Source of the DNA: Coriobacteriia bacterium
GTDB lineage: Bacteria > Actinomycetota > Coriobacteriia > Anaerosomatales > PALSA-660
NCBI GenBank assembly: GCA_030651905.1
Contig: JAUSBS010000100.1
Location: forward strand, 19,892-83,891
DNA length: 64,000 nt
Reading direction: 5' to 3'
The notes beneath the pieces are model-generated. The model did not search any database and was not told the origin of the DNA. It was given only the letters and a program-made list of their open reading frames with translations. Made by a program: the position numbers and the translations under genes. Shown here one piece after another: positions 18,358-27,492 of the stretch (positions are counted from its first letter, which is position 1; every line of letters begins with the position of its first letter).

Positions 18358-18417
18358 GAGACCCGGGTGCTCCGAAGGCAAGATGCGACGGAGCGCTCCC
18401 GGGTCTCGTCTCGTGTC
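18358..18417 (+). terminator. riboswitch expression platform hairpin plus GUCUCGUGU, copy 2
   Basis: GAGACCCGGGUGCUCCG...CGGAGCGCUCCCGGGUCUC followed by GUCUCGUGUC. The 5' arm (CGGGUGCUCCGAAGGCA) duplicates the aptamer 5' segment (CGGGUGCUCCCCGAAAAAGGCA). Confidence 0.45.
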
Positions 18418-18437
18418 AGGTTCTCAAGGGGCGCACC

Positions 18438-19025
18438 ATGAAGTACACGATCAAGTCGCTGGCCACCACGATGATCGCCGCTCTCCTCCTGGCGATCCTG
18501 GTCCTGCCGCTCGCCGGCTCCGGAACCCCGGTCGCCAGCGGTGCATCGATCGCGGCCTCCAAGAGCGCCCCGTTCGCCGCCTACACCAGGCGGCGCCGTG
18601 TGAAGCGCGTCATCAAGCGCCGCAGGGTCCGCCACCATCATCACCGCGTCGTGCGTCGCCGCAAGGTCGCACGGCGCCCGGTCGCCACGGCGCCCGTCGC
18701 CCCGCTGGCCATCGTCGCAGCCCCGGTCGCCCCCACGGCTCCGGTCGTCGACGAGGCCGCTCTCGCGCAGACGATCCTCGACGGGCTCAAGGCGCAGTAT
18801 CCGCGCTACCTCAGCAACGCGACGGTCAGCATGGGAGATGCCATGGGATACCAGGCCATCTCCTACTACACCAGCGGGCGGATCGTCGTCAGCCCGACCC
18901 ACACGGCCACTCTCTCCAGGATCATGAACCACGAGATCTGGCACATCATCGACTGGCAGGACGATGGCGCGCTTGACTGGGGCGAGGCCATCCCGCCCAC
19001 GAACATGAGCACGTACGCGAACTAG
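18438..19025 (+). CDS. secreted protein with minimal HExxH domain, paralog 2 (carries an Arg/His-rich tract)
   Basis: Signal peptide MKYTIKSLATTMIAALLLAILVLPLAG. Polybasic tract RRRRVKRVIKRRRVRHHHHRVVRRRKVARR. The C-terminal domain is mostly identical by eye to paralog 1, including NHEIWHIIDWQDDG. Confidence 0.8.
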   Translation: MKYTIKSLATTMIAALLLAILVLPLAGSGTPVASGASIAASKSAPFAAYTRRRRVKRVIKRRRVRHHHHRVVRRRKVARRPVATAPVAPLAIVAAPVAPTAPVVDEAALAQTILDGLKAQYPRYLSNATVSMGDAMGYQAISYYTSGRIVVSPTHTATLSRIMNHEIWHIIDWQDDGALDWGEAIPPTNMSTYAN

Positions 19026-19047
19026 CTGTCCTGGGCAAGGACCGGTT

Positions 19048-19086
19048 GGAGGGGCCTCCCCGCGCGAGTCGCGGTGGGGCCCCTCC
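19048..19086. terminator. convergent-gene hairpin 1
   Basis: GGAGGGGCC...GGCCCCTCC stem between the converging HExxH-2 and LPXTG genes. Confidence 0.4.
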
Positions 19087-19136
19087 GCCGTTCTCGGTGA
19101 CCGCCATCGGATGCCGTGGATGACCCCGGACATGGT

Positions 19137-19174
19137 GGAGGGCGGGTCGTCTCCGAGGAGATGACCCGCCCTCC
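19137..19174. terminator. convergent-gene hairpin 2
   Basis: GGAGGGCGGGTC-GTCTCCGAGGAGAT-GACCCGCCCTCC, a 12-bp perfect outer stem. It lies 40 nt beyond the LPXTG gene stop. Confidence 0.45.
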
Positions 19175-19213
19175 GGGGGCAAGGACCGGCGGGGTGCGCC
19201 GGGCTTGTCGTCC

Positions 19214-22198
19214 TTATGCCACGCGGTGCGAGACGCGTCGAAGTACCACGCCTGCAAGCGCGAGCACGCCCGCCGCGAGCAGCAGCAGGTAGAGGTCGAT
19301 GCCGGTGAACGGCAGGAACGGCAGCGTCACGACCACGCGCGCCTTGTCCACGTTGTCGACCGGAGTCTTGTCGATCGTCGGATCATCCGGGAAGTCGATC
19401 TTGACGGTGTTGTCGATCTTCGTGCCGTCCGCCACGTCGCTCTTGACCCTCATCTTGTAGACGATGGTCCCGGAGGCATCGGGGAGGAGCGGGCCTGTGA
19501 GGTTCCACGTGATCTTGCCGCCCGACACGGTGCCCCCAGCCGCGTCGACAACGTCGACGTAGCGCTCGTCGTAGTCGTCCACGATCTGGAAGTCGGTGGC
19601 CGAGGCCTTGCCGTCGTTGCCGTAGACCAGCGTGTAGGTGAGGATCTCGTCCGGGTCCGCGATCGTTGGCGTGACCGACTTGTGGATCCAGAGATCCGGC
19701 TCGTCGAAACCGATGAACGGCTCCTGGTTGCCAAAGTCGAGGTCCTGGGTGGAAGAACCGCCCGTGACGGTGACGGGCTCAGGGCTGACCGTGCGAACCC
19801 AGCCCGTCTGCATCTCCTCAGTGAGGAAGTACAGCCCCGGCTTGAGGTTCCCGAACGAGTAGGCACCGCCGGGTCCGGTCGTGGTAGAGGCAACGAACAC
19901 ATAGTCCGCTGGGACCGACGGGCTCTCTTCGCCGCTGGCAGCCAGCATCGGGAGGGACTGGAACAGCTCTCTGATATCCCTGTGCCTGTAGAGATTGATG
20001 GTCCAGCCGGCGAGCAGGGGTTCGCCGATCGCCTTGATGGTGTCGCCGTTGAGGTCGTTGAACTTGACGCCGTTGAGATCGCTGAACTGGGTGTTGCCGA
20101 CCACAACGCGCTTGGTCTGCCCGCCGACCAGCGTGAACTCGACCGGGACCTCGCTCGTCGACTGGTACCAGCCCGTCTCGGAGGCCTCGGTGAGCTTGTA
20201 CGTACCGGGCATCAGGTTCTCGAACGACAGGTTGCCGGACGAGTCGGTCAACGCAGTGAACGTCGCCGTATCGGCCCCCGCGGGCCCCGTCAGTGTGAAT
20301 TCGCGTACGAGACCCGGCTCAGGGGCGTCAAAGATGCCATCACCGTTGAAGTCGTTGAACTTCACGACCTGAACGACCGCGAGCTCCTCGTTGGTGAAGT
20401 CCAGGTTGTACAGGTGGGTGGTGTGGCCGATGGTGGCGGCGTCAGCGGCGCTGTCATAGATCGGCGCGGACTTCTGCACCCAGCCGGTCTCCATGGCCTC
20501 CTCGACGTAGTAGTCGCCGGGCTCGAGGTCGTAGAAGGCCCAGTGGCCGGGAAGGCCGTCGACGGATCTGGTGACCGTCGTGGCGACCGAACCGATGGTG
20601 CCTGTCTTGTAGAGCTTGATGGTCCAGCCGTTGAGGCCGGCCCCGCCCTCGAAGTTGAACTTGTGGCCGGAGATCTCGTTGTCGACGACCTCGTCGTTTT
20701 TGAAGTCCAGGTCGGTCAGGTGGGTGGTGTGGCCGATGGTGGCGGCGTCAGCGGCGCTGTCATAGATCGGCGCGGACTTCTGCACCCAGCCGGTCTCCAT
20801 CTCTTCCTGCACGTAGTACTTGCCGGGCTCGAGGTCGTAGAAGGCCCAGTGGCCGGGAAGGCCGTCGACGGACTTGGTGATCGTCGAGGCGACCGAGGCT
20901 GCGGTGCCTTCCTTGTAGAGCTTGATGGTCCAGTTGTTGAGGCCGGCTCCGCCATCGAAGTTGAACTTGTGGCCGGAGATCTCGTTGGACACCTGTGCGT
21001 TCCCGAAGACTCCGCAATCCTTCGTCTCGGAATGCCCGAGCTGGAATCCACTTGTGATGCCGCTCTTCGTACAGATCCAGGTCTCACCGGCGGGAGCTGC
21101 GCCCTCCGCCAACTTGTAGTAGCCGTCGTCGACGACCCGCTTCGAGGGGTCGGTATCGTCGTGGCTGAAGAACACGAGACCGTTCGAATCGGTGGTCTTG
21201 GTGATCGTCTTCACTACCGTTGTGTACGTGCTGTCTGTGTACTGCGTCAGAACGAACGGCCAGCCACTGATCCAGGGCTCGCCGGTCTCCTGCACGCCGT
21301 CTGCGTCCAGGTCGTGGAACTTCTTGGCTTGGATGTGCGAGCAGAAGTCGGGCTCATCGGCGAAGCGGACGTCGATATGACTGAGGCCGGCCCACTGGCT
21401 GCCGTCACACTCCGTGCCGGATGGCGGGCTGTGCATGAGCGTGTCGTGGTAGCTCCCGTCCGTGCCGAACGCGCTGTATACGTTGGCGTTCGGACCGCCC
21501 TTGACCACCATGTAGGTGACGGGCGCAGTGGACGTCCACGCGAACACCGGTCCGTAGGTGCCGGTGCTCACAGTGATGGTGATGCTCACCGACGTGCCAT
21601 GGTGCAGGAACGAGTATGTCTGGGTGCCGGAGGAGATGGCCCCGGCGCCGGGCACGCCATCCGGAATCCTGAAGTCGCCCGCAACCAGACTCGGGTTGCC
21701 GTCCACTATCGTCGGCTGTACGCCGTCGCCCGAAGGACTGTTCAGCGCGGTCGTGCTCGACACGACGACGCCCATATCCAGCGCGGCAGCCGTGACGGTG
21801 ACGGGTGCGGGCTCCTCCGAGGGTGCCGGATCGGGCGCCGGTGCCGGGTCTGCCGGCGGCGCAGGGTCGGGCGCCGGTGCCGGGTCTGCCGGCGGCGCGG
21901 GATCAGGCGCGGGTGCCGGATCGGGTGCCGGTGCCGGGTCTGCCGGCGGCGCAGGGTCGGGCGCCGGTGCCGGATCAGGCGCAGGGTCTGGCGCTGGTGC
22001 CGGATCGGGCGCGGGTGCGGCCTGCTCCGGAGCAGGCGCATCGATCGCGTACGCGACCGCGACGACGCCAGGACCGGTCATGGCGAACACGAGCACCATG
22101 GCCGTGAGCGCCGCCAACCACTTGCGGATCCATCGAACGTGCGGCCTCGAGAGCGCCATCGTCCTCATCCCCCTGTCCGCGACGCGCCAGCGTCGCAT
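19214..22198 (-). CDS. LPXTG-anchored cell-surface protein with Pro-rich N-terminal tract, SdrD-B/Cna-B-like repeats and DUF11-like domain
   Basis: Signal peptide ...WLAALTAMVLVFAMTGPGVVAVAYA, then (PAPD)n. About 5-6 prealbumin-like repeats (GHKFNF...GW.I.LY...PG.Y...E....GW). A DUF11-like segment (LWIHKSV...ILTYTLVYGNDG). The C-terminus is LPFTG plus a hydrophobic stretch plus RRVSHRVA. Start is uncertain among ATG 22198, 22168 and 22159. Confidence 0.85.
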   Translation of the reverse strand: MRRWRVADRGMRTMALSRPHVRWIRKWLAALTAMVLVFAMTGPGVVAVAYAIDAPAPEQAAPAPDPAPAPDPAPDPAPAPDPAPPADPAPAPDPAPAPDPAPPADPAPAPDPAPPADPAPAPDPAPSEEPAPVTVTAAALDMGVVVSSTTALNSPSGDGVQPTIVDGNPSLVAGDFRIPDGVPGAGAISSGTQTYSFLHHGTSVSITITVSTGTYGPVFAWTSTAPVTYMVVKGGPNANVYSAFGTDGSYHDTLMHSPPSGTECDGSQWAGLSHIDVRFADEPDFCSHIQAKKFHDLDADGVQETGEPWISGWPFVLTQYTDSTYTTVVKTITKTTDSNGLVFFSHDDTDPSKRVVDDGYYKLAEGAAPAGETWICTKSGITSGFQLGHSETKDCGVFGNAQVSNEISGHKFNFDGGAGLNNWTIKLYKEGTAASVASTITKSVDGLPGHWAFYDLEPGKYYVQEEMETGWVQKSAPIYDSAADAATIGHTTHLTDLDFKNDEVVDNEISGHKFNFEGGAGLNGWTIKLYKTGTIGSVATTVTRSVDGLPGHWAFYDLEPGDYYVEEAMETGWVQKSAPIYDSAADAATIGHTTHLYNLDFTNEELAVVQVVKFNDFNGDGIFDAPEPGLVREFTLTGPAGADTATFTALTDSSGNLSFENLMPGTYKLTEASETGWYQSTSEVPVEFTLVGGQTKRVVVGNTQFSDLNGVKFNDLNGDTIKAIGEPLLAGWTINLYRHRDIRELFQSLPMLAASGEESPSVPADYVFVASTTTGPGGAYSFGNLKPGLYFLTEEMQTGWVRTVSPEPVTVTGGSSTQDLDFGNQEPFIGFDEPDLWIHKSVTPTIADPDEILTYTLVYGNDGKASATDFQIVDDYDERYVDVVDAAGGTVSGGKITWNLTGPLLPDASGTIVYKMRVKSDVADGTKIDNTVKIDFPDDPTIDKTPVDNVDKARVVVTLPFLPFTGIDLYLLLLAAGVLALAGVVLRRVSHRVA
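20396..20995 (-). repeat. two tandem 306-bp (102-codon) near-identical intragenic repeats
   Basis: The block beginning GAAGTCCAGGT...GGTGGGTGGTGTGGCCGATGGTGGCGGCGTCAGCGGCGCTGTCATAGATCGGCGCGGACTTCTGCACCCAGCCGGTCTCCAT recurs at an offset of exactly 306 nt (20396 versus 20702). Long runs are identical. Confidence 0.8.
21822..22018 (-). repeat. low-complexity GC-rich repeat encoding (DPAPAPDPAPPA)n
   Basis: Reiterated GGTGCCGGGTCTGCCGGCGGCGCAGGGTCGGGCGCC-type units of about 36 nt. They are in frame within the surface protein. Confidence 0.7.
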
Positions 22199-22477
22199 CT
22201 ACTCGCCGCGGCCGGCTGCTACAGGTATGAGGACGCAGAAGACCGGCCGCCTCGGGCCGGTCTCACGATTGACTCCCCGCCGGTCAAACTCGTGACCGTC
22301 ATGCACACCGGCGGATCGCAGTCTCCCGAATTCACAGTATGTAGTGCACCCCGAAAGCCGTGGTACACCTTGCCCCTGCTGGGCGTTATACCCCCTCGCG
22401 AATGCGCCGGTAAGCCCCCGTTGGGCGAATTCATACCAGAGGATGAGTGGTTTCTTAGAGACGCTCTCGTGCGGGTG

Positions 22478-24874
22478 TCAGGAGTTGGAAACGCGCGGCG
22501 ACCCTTTCGAGCGCTTCGCCGAGGCTGACCTTCCGTCGCACCCGGGTACCAGTGCGCGGTCGAGGACCTGGTCCATGTGGTCGACGGGGACGATCTCCAT
22601 CTCGTCGCGCACGTGGGGCGGGAGCAGTTCGAGATCGCGGACGTTCTCCTTCGGGATGAGGACCGTCTTGATGCCCGCTCGGTGTGCCGCGAGCAACTTC
22701 TCCTTGAGGCCACCGATCGGCAGGACGTTGCCGCGCAGGGTGATCTCACCCGTCATCGCCACATCCCTGCGGACATGGCAGCGCATGAGCGCCGACGCCA
22801 TGGCCGTGGCCATCGTGATGCCGGCGGAAGGGCCGTCCTTCGGTATGGCGGCGGCCGGAACGTGGATGTGGATGTCGAGCTTCTCGTGGAAGGCCTCGTC
22901 GATCCCGAGCTCCTTCGCATGGGCGCGTATGTAGGAGAGCGCGGCCTGCGCGGACTCTCGCATCACGTCGCCGAGCTGGCCGGTCATCGTCAGCTCGCCC
23001 TTACCGGTCATCGTCGTCGCCTCGACGAAGATGACGTCGCCGCCGGCCTCGGTCCACACCAGCCCCGTCGCGGCGCCTACTTCGTCGCGCTCCTCGGCCA
23101 TGCCGAAGCTGAAGCGCGCCGGCCCCAGATACTTCTGAACGTTGCGGACCGTCACGCGCGTCTTGCCCTTGTGCCCCTCGACGACCTTGCGCGCGACCTG
23201 TCGACAGATCGAAGCCACCTGCCGTTCGATCCCGCGGACACCGGCTTCGCGGGTGTAGCGCCGGATGATCTCGTGGAGCGCGGAATCGTCGATCTCGAGC
23301 TTGCCCGGCGTGAGGCCGTGCTCCTTCACCTGCTTCGGAACCAGGTACTGACGCGCGATATGGAGCTTCTCGTCCTCGGTGTATCCAGGGAAGTGGATGA
23401 CCTCCATGCGGTCCTGCAGCGCAGGCGGGATCGTGTCGAGCAGGTTCGCCGTCGTGATGAACATGACGTCGGACAGGTCGAACGGCGCCTCCAGATAGTG
23501 GTCCTGGAAGCTGTTGTTCTGCTCAGGGTCGAGTACTTCGAGCAGCGCGGATGTCGGGTCGCCTCGGAAGTCGGCCCCCACCTTGTCCACCTCGTCCATC
23601 ATGAAGACCGGGTTGCGCGTTCCGGACTGTGAGATCGACTGGATGATGCGGCCCGGAAGCGCGCCCACGTAGGTGCGGCGGTGCCCGCGGATCTCGGCCT
23701 CATCGCGCACGCCACCGAGTGACATGCGGATGAACTTGCGGCCCAGTGATCGCGCGATGGACTTGCCGATCGAGGTCTTCCCGACGCCGGGAGGGCCGAC
23801 GAAGCACAGGATGGGGCCGCGCATCTTGTCGGTCAGCTTGTGCACGGCCAGATACTCGAGCACGCGCTCCTTGACCTTCTCGAGTCCGTAGTGGTCCTCG
23901 TCGAGGCCGCACTGGGCCTCGAGGAGGTCGAGCCTCTCGTCGTCCATCGCCGTCCACGGCAATCCGACCAGCCAGTCGAGATACGTGCGGATGACGCCGG
24001 TCTCGGCGGCAGCCTGAGGCATCTTCTCGAGGCGGCCGAGCTCCTTGAGCGCCTTCTCCTCGACGATCTCGGGCATCCCCGCGGTGCGGATCCGCTCCTT
24101 GTACTCGTCGATCTCGGCCTGAACCTCGTCGAACTGACCGAGCTCCTGCTGGATCGCCTTGAGCTGCTCGCGCAGGAAGTACTCCCGCTGGGACTTCGTC
24201 ATCTGGTCTTTGACGCGGCTCTGGATGCGGCTGCCGAGCTCGAGGATCTCGAGCTCCTTGCGAAGGAACGCCCCGGCCTTCTCGAGGCGGGTCTTCGGTT
24301 CGATGGCCTCGAGGATCACCTGCTTCTCGTCGACCTTGAGGTTGAGGTGGAACGCGATGAAGTCAGCGAGGCGGCCGGGCTCCTCGATCGAGCCGGCCGC
24401 CATCAGGACCTCCTGCGGTATCGGCTTGCCGAGTTCGGCAGCCTTCTCGAAGTCGGTCACGAGCGCCCGCATGAGCGCCTGCGTCTCGACGTCGGCGGTG
24501 CCGACCTCCTCGATGAACTCGACCTTCACCTTGAGGTACGGGTCCGAACCGATGAACTCCTTGATGCGGATGCGCTTGACGCCCTCGACCAGCGCCTTGG
24601 CGGTGCCGTCCGGCAGCTTGAGTTCCTGCAAGACGTTGGCGACGCAGCCGATCTCGTACATGTCCTCAGGGGATGGATCCTGGGTCTCCGCGTGCTTCTG
24701 GGTCACGAGCGCGACCTGGTGGCCGCCGCGCATAGCCTCCTCGAGCGCGACGATCGAGCGCTCACGGCCGACGAAGAGCGGCACGACGAGGTTCGGGAAC
24801 AGGATGAGGTCCCGCAGCGGTATCAGCGGGAGTTCGTCCGGGGTCTGATCGAGGTTCTCGGGCTGTGCGGACAT
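22478..24874 (-). CDS. lon: ATP-dependent protease Lon
   Basis: LON N-terminal domain ([23 protein letters not shown]), Walker [10 protein letters not shown], and catalytic [17 protein letters not shown] at 24874; the 100-aa upstream ORF extension was rejected. Confidence 0.95.
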   Translation of the reverse strand: MSAQPENLDQTPDELPLIPLRDLILFPNLVVPLFVGRERSIVALEEAMRGGHQVALVTQKHAETQDPSPEDMYEIGCVANVLQELKLPDGTAKALVEGVKRIRIKEFIGSDPYLKVKVEFIEEVGTADVETQALMRALVTDFEKAAELGKPIPQEVLMAAGSIEEPGRLADFIAFHLNLKVDEKQVILEAIEPKTRLEKAGAFLRKELEILELGSRIQSRVKDQMTKSQREYFLREQLKAIQQELGQFDEVQAEIDEYKERIRTAGMPEIVEEKALKELGRLEKMPQAAAETGVIRTYLDWLVGLPWTAMDDERLDLLEAQCGLDEDHYGLEKVKERVLEYLAVHKLTDKMRGPILCFVGPPGVGKTSIGKSIARSLGRKFIRMSLGGVRDEAEIRGHRRTYVGALPGRIIQSISQSGTRNPVFMMDEVDKVGADFRGDPTSALLEVLDPEQNNSFQDHYLEAPFDLSDVMFITTANLLDTIPPALQDRMEVIHFPGYTEDEKLHIARQYLVPKQVKEHGLTPGKLEIDDSALHEIIRRYTREAGVRGIERQVASICRQVARKVVEGHKGKTRVTVRNVQKYLGPARFSFGMAEERDEVGAATGLVWTEAGGDVIFVEATTMTGKGELTMTGQLGDVMRESAQAALSYIRAHAKELGIDEAFHEKLDIHIHVPAAAIPKDGPSAGITMATAMASALMRCHVRRDVAMTGEITLRGNVLPIGGLKEKLLAAHRAGIKTVLIPKENVRDLELLPPHVRDEMEIVPVDHMDQVLDRALVPGCDGRSASAKRSKGSPRVSNS

Positions 24875-25046
24875 GCGACGACCGCCTTTGTCGAGGGATT
24901 GCGGTACTGTGGTCTCGTTGACTGTGTGTTCGGTATAGTACCCGTCCCCCCTGCCCGCGCGTCGCAACGGCGGTCTCGCGGGGCCGCCATGCCTACATCG
25001 TCGCTCCTGGGGGCGAACCGTGCGCCACCCCTCTCCGACAGCACAC

Positions 25047-26993
25047 ATGAGGCTAGCCGCCGCCCTCTTGGGCGCCGCCCTGATCATGGGAGCGGCGGCC
25101 GGAGCGTGGGCCGCGCCGGCAGAACCGTCCGCGCCACGGGTCGTCCTGCGGCGCATCGAGGGACTCACTACCACTCAGGGCACGCTGGGCGCCGAAGTCT
25201 CCGTGGCCCTCCCGCGACAGATAAGCGGCATGACCGTCCGCCTTCGTCTGCTCGCGGCCGACGGCACGACCGTCTACCAGAGCACCCAGACGCGGGGGCG
25301 GCTCGACCCGGGAGCGTATCAGTTCAGCTTCCAGCGCGACTTGTCCTCGGTCCGCATGAAGGAGGGCGTCTGGACACTCGAGGCCCGTGTCCGCGCGACC
25401 GGCTCCGCGGCCGTCGTCGTGAGCGAGCCGCTCTACGTGGTGGGCCCGGACCGGGAGCCTCTCCCCGTCGCCATCGTCGTCCGGTTCGCCGCACTTCCGA
25501 TGTCCGATCCCATGGGACGCTTCGTCATCGATCCAGCCCAGGAGCCATCGATACGATCCGAGATCGACGCGCTTGCCCGCCTGTCCGCGCTGAGGCCCGA
25601 TCTGCACCTCACGGCCGCCCTGCCGCCGATCGTGCTCGATGAACTGCGTCAGGTCGCCGACGGCTACTCTCTTGATCAGACCGGCACGGCCCCCGTGACA
25701 CAGGACGCCGCACCGTGCGCCGCCGCCGCATCGACGCTCGCATCGTTGCGTCAGACACTACGCTCCGACGCGCTGACCCTGGTTGGCGTGGGCTACGCGG
25801 ACCCCGCCTGCGACGGCCTTGAGGCCATAGGCGCCATCGATGACCTCGCCCTGCAACTCTCGCTCGGCGCCACGGTGACGAGCGAGACGCTCGGGGCTGT
25901 GACCACCGCCGGGGCAGCAGTCCACGGCGACGCGCTGCCCCGCGCGGCCCTCGCCGCACTCGCGGCGCGCCAGACCACCTTCGTGCTGCTCGCTCCCGGC
26001 TCCGTGCGCTCGGTCTCCAAGAACAAGGAGTCCTCCGCGAGCCCGGGAGCCTACGCGATCGTCGACTCGACGGCGACCGCGCTCGTGTTCGACCCCGTCG
26101 CGTCGGGACTCTTCGCGGGACCGGCGGGTGACGGGCGCGCCGCGCTCGGCCACCTGTTCGCCCGGCTGACGACCAGGCCGTCGAGGAGTGCTCCCGTCGT
26201 GGCTGTCGTGGACGTCGGCCCCGGGTCTCGAACCTCCGTGAACGATCTCCAGGCGCTGCTCGCCGTGCTGGCGCGGACGGGGTGGGTCACCCTTGTCGAT
26301 GCTCCCGAAGCCGCATCCATGGTGACGTCGGGGACCACGGTGGTGCTGCCGGCCTCCACCGCCTCCGTGACGATCGCCCCGTACTGGAGCGCGGTGGCCA
26401 CTGCGCGCGAGCGCGTAATGGCGCTCCAGGAGGCGGTAGGCCCGGCGGATGCGGACGCCGAGACGGCCGTACGGGCGCTGCTCGTCGCCGAGAGCGCGGC
26501 GTGGAGCATCGACACGTCCGGAGCAGTCGAGCGGGGTGCCGCGTTCTCGGCCGCCGCTGACGAGCGAGCGTGGAGCGTGCTGTCCAAGGCAACGCTGGCC
26601 GTCCCGAACGTCACACTGTCGGGCAACGCCGGTCGCGTGCCGGTGAGCATCAACAACGCCACGGACCGCCCGATGCTGTTGACGCTGCGCATGCGGCCCA
26701 AGGGTCTTCATCTCAAGCGCGGCTCCGAGATCACATTCCTGGCCTTGCCCGGCGAGAACATCCAGTCCGTGGCGGTCGAGATGGGGACGTCGCTTTCGGG
26801 CGCGGTGCACTTCGATCTTGCAGCAGGCCGGCTGACGGTCGCTTCGGGTGACGCCACCGTTCGCGCGTCATACATCGACCGCCTGGCGATACTGCTCGGT
26901 GTCATCGTGGTCTTAGTCGCCCTGCTCTGGTACATAACACGGAGAGGTCCGGACGCTCTCGACCGACTGAGGAAGGCTGCCGACACACGCTGA
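25047..26993 (+). CDS. secreted protein with C-terminal TM anchor (DUF6049-like, tentative)
   Basis: Signal peptide [23 protein letters not shown]-terminal helix [18 protein letters not shown] followed by basic residues. The size and the position upstream of trxB/trxA resemble the actinobacterial DUF6049 locus, from memory only. Confidence 0.65.
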   Translation: MRLAAALLGAALIMGAAAGAWAAPAEPSAPRVVLRRIEGLTTTQGTLGAEVSVALPRQISGMTVRLRLLAADGTTVYQSTQTRGRLDPGAYQFSFQRDLSSVRMKEGVWTLEARVRATGSAAVVVSEPLYVVGPDREPLPVAIVVRFAALPMSDPMGRFVIDPAQEPSIRSEIDALARLSALRPDLHLTAALPPIVLDELRQVADGYSLDQTGTAPVTQDAAPCAAAASTLASLRQTLRSDALTLVGVGYADPACDGLEAIGAIDDLALQLSLGATVTSETLGAVTTAGAAVHGDALPRAALAALAARQTTFVLLAPGSVRSVSKNKESSASPGAYAIVDSTATALVFDPVASGLFAGPAGDGRAALGHLFARLTTRPSRSAPVVAVVDVGPGSRTSVNDLQALLAVLARTGWVTLVDAPEAASMVTSGTTVVLPASTASVTIAPYWSAVATARERVMALQEAVGPADADAETAVRALLVAESAAWSIDTSGAVERGAAFSAAADERAWSVLSKATLAVPNVTLSGNAGRVPVSINNATDRPMLLTLRMRPKGLHLKRGSEITFLALPGENIQSVAVEMGTSLSGAVHFDLAAGRLTVASGDATVRASYIDRLAILLGVIVVLVALLWYITRRGPDALDRLRKAADTR

Positions 26994-27035
26994 TGCGTCG
27001 TGATCGGTCGGCCCCCGGCCCGGGAAAGGCCCAGC

Positions 27036-27401
27036 ATGCTCAAGTGGATCAAGATCGCACTCGTCATCCTTATAGCGGTGACGGGGGTCAACGATATCGG
27101 GAAGTGGCTGGTCGGCGCCTACACGGTGGAGGATCGCACCAGGACGATGTCCTTCCAAGCCGCGCAGGTGGCCAAGAAGACACGGACAGCCGACTCGGGC
27201 TGGCCGACCGTCGCGCAGGCAGCGCAGCAGTCCGGACTCCGAGTGCTGGCCTACGGACAGACCGCAGCCAGCGTCACGGTCACGGCTCAGATCGCCGTGA
27301 GCGGCACGTGGGTGATCGGTCCCACGATCGCGCTCATAGGCGGGAAGCCGCTGTCGACGCCGTTCACCATCGAGCAGACGGTGACCACGCCGATCGGATG
27401 A
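27036..27401 (+). CDS. small membrane-anchored hypothetical protein
   Basis: MLKWIKIALVILIAVTGVNDIGKW is an N-terminal TM segment. High GC3. GGAAAGG lies upstream. Confidence 0.55.
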   Translation: MLKWIKIALVILIAVTGVNDIGKWLVGAYTVEDRTRTMSFQAAQVAKKTRTADSGWPTVAQAAQQSGLRVLAYGQTAASVTVTAQIAVSGTWVIGPTIALIGGKPLSTPFTIEQTVTTPIG

Positions 27402-27492
27402 GGGGTCCGGCCGAGCGGTATACACTCTTACGCGACGCGGCGTCATGCCGGCTACCCGGTGTGCGCCCACACGACGATACGGAACAGGATCG

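Noticed and set aside
18358-18417. A second, tandem c-di-GMP aptamer downstream of copy 2
   Set aside because: Only the 5' box (GGUGCUCCGAAGGCA) and CGGGUCU recur. The CGCAAAG core and the 3' ACRGCCGG block are missing. It is better explained as a decoy arm of the expression-platform hairpin.
21822-22018. Regularly spaced GC-rich repeats as a CRISPR-like or non-coding array
   Set aside because: The units are contiguous with no unique spacers, are in frame, and encode the (PAPD)n tract of the surface protein.
19205-22528. 1107-aa plus-strand ORF, the largest in the track
   Set aside because: It is antisense to the LPXTG gene. The translation is Arg/Gly/Asp/Val-rich low complexity with no motifs. 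This is typical shadow-frame behaviour in high-GC DNA. The minus-strand product has a signal peptide, domain repeats and an LPFTG sorting signal.
24875-25046. HAIR/HspR operator upstream of lon
   Set aside because: The best candidate (AGTCAACGAGACCACAGTAC on the minus strand) shares only the central ACGAG..CAC with the dnaK site and lacks CTTGA/TCAAG half-sites. It is too weak to call.
23840-25642. 600-aa plus-strand ORF
   Set aside because: It is antisense to lon, and beyond lon it lies in a different frame from the DUF6049-like gene. No motifs.
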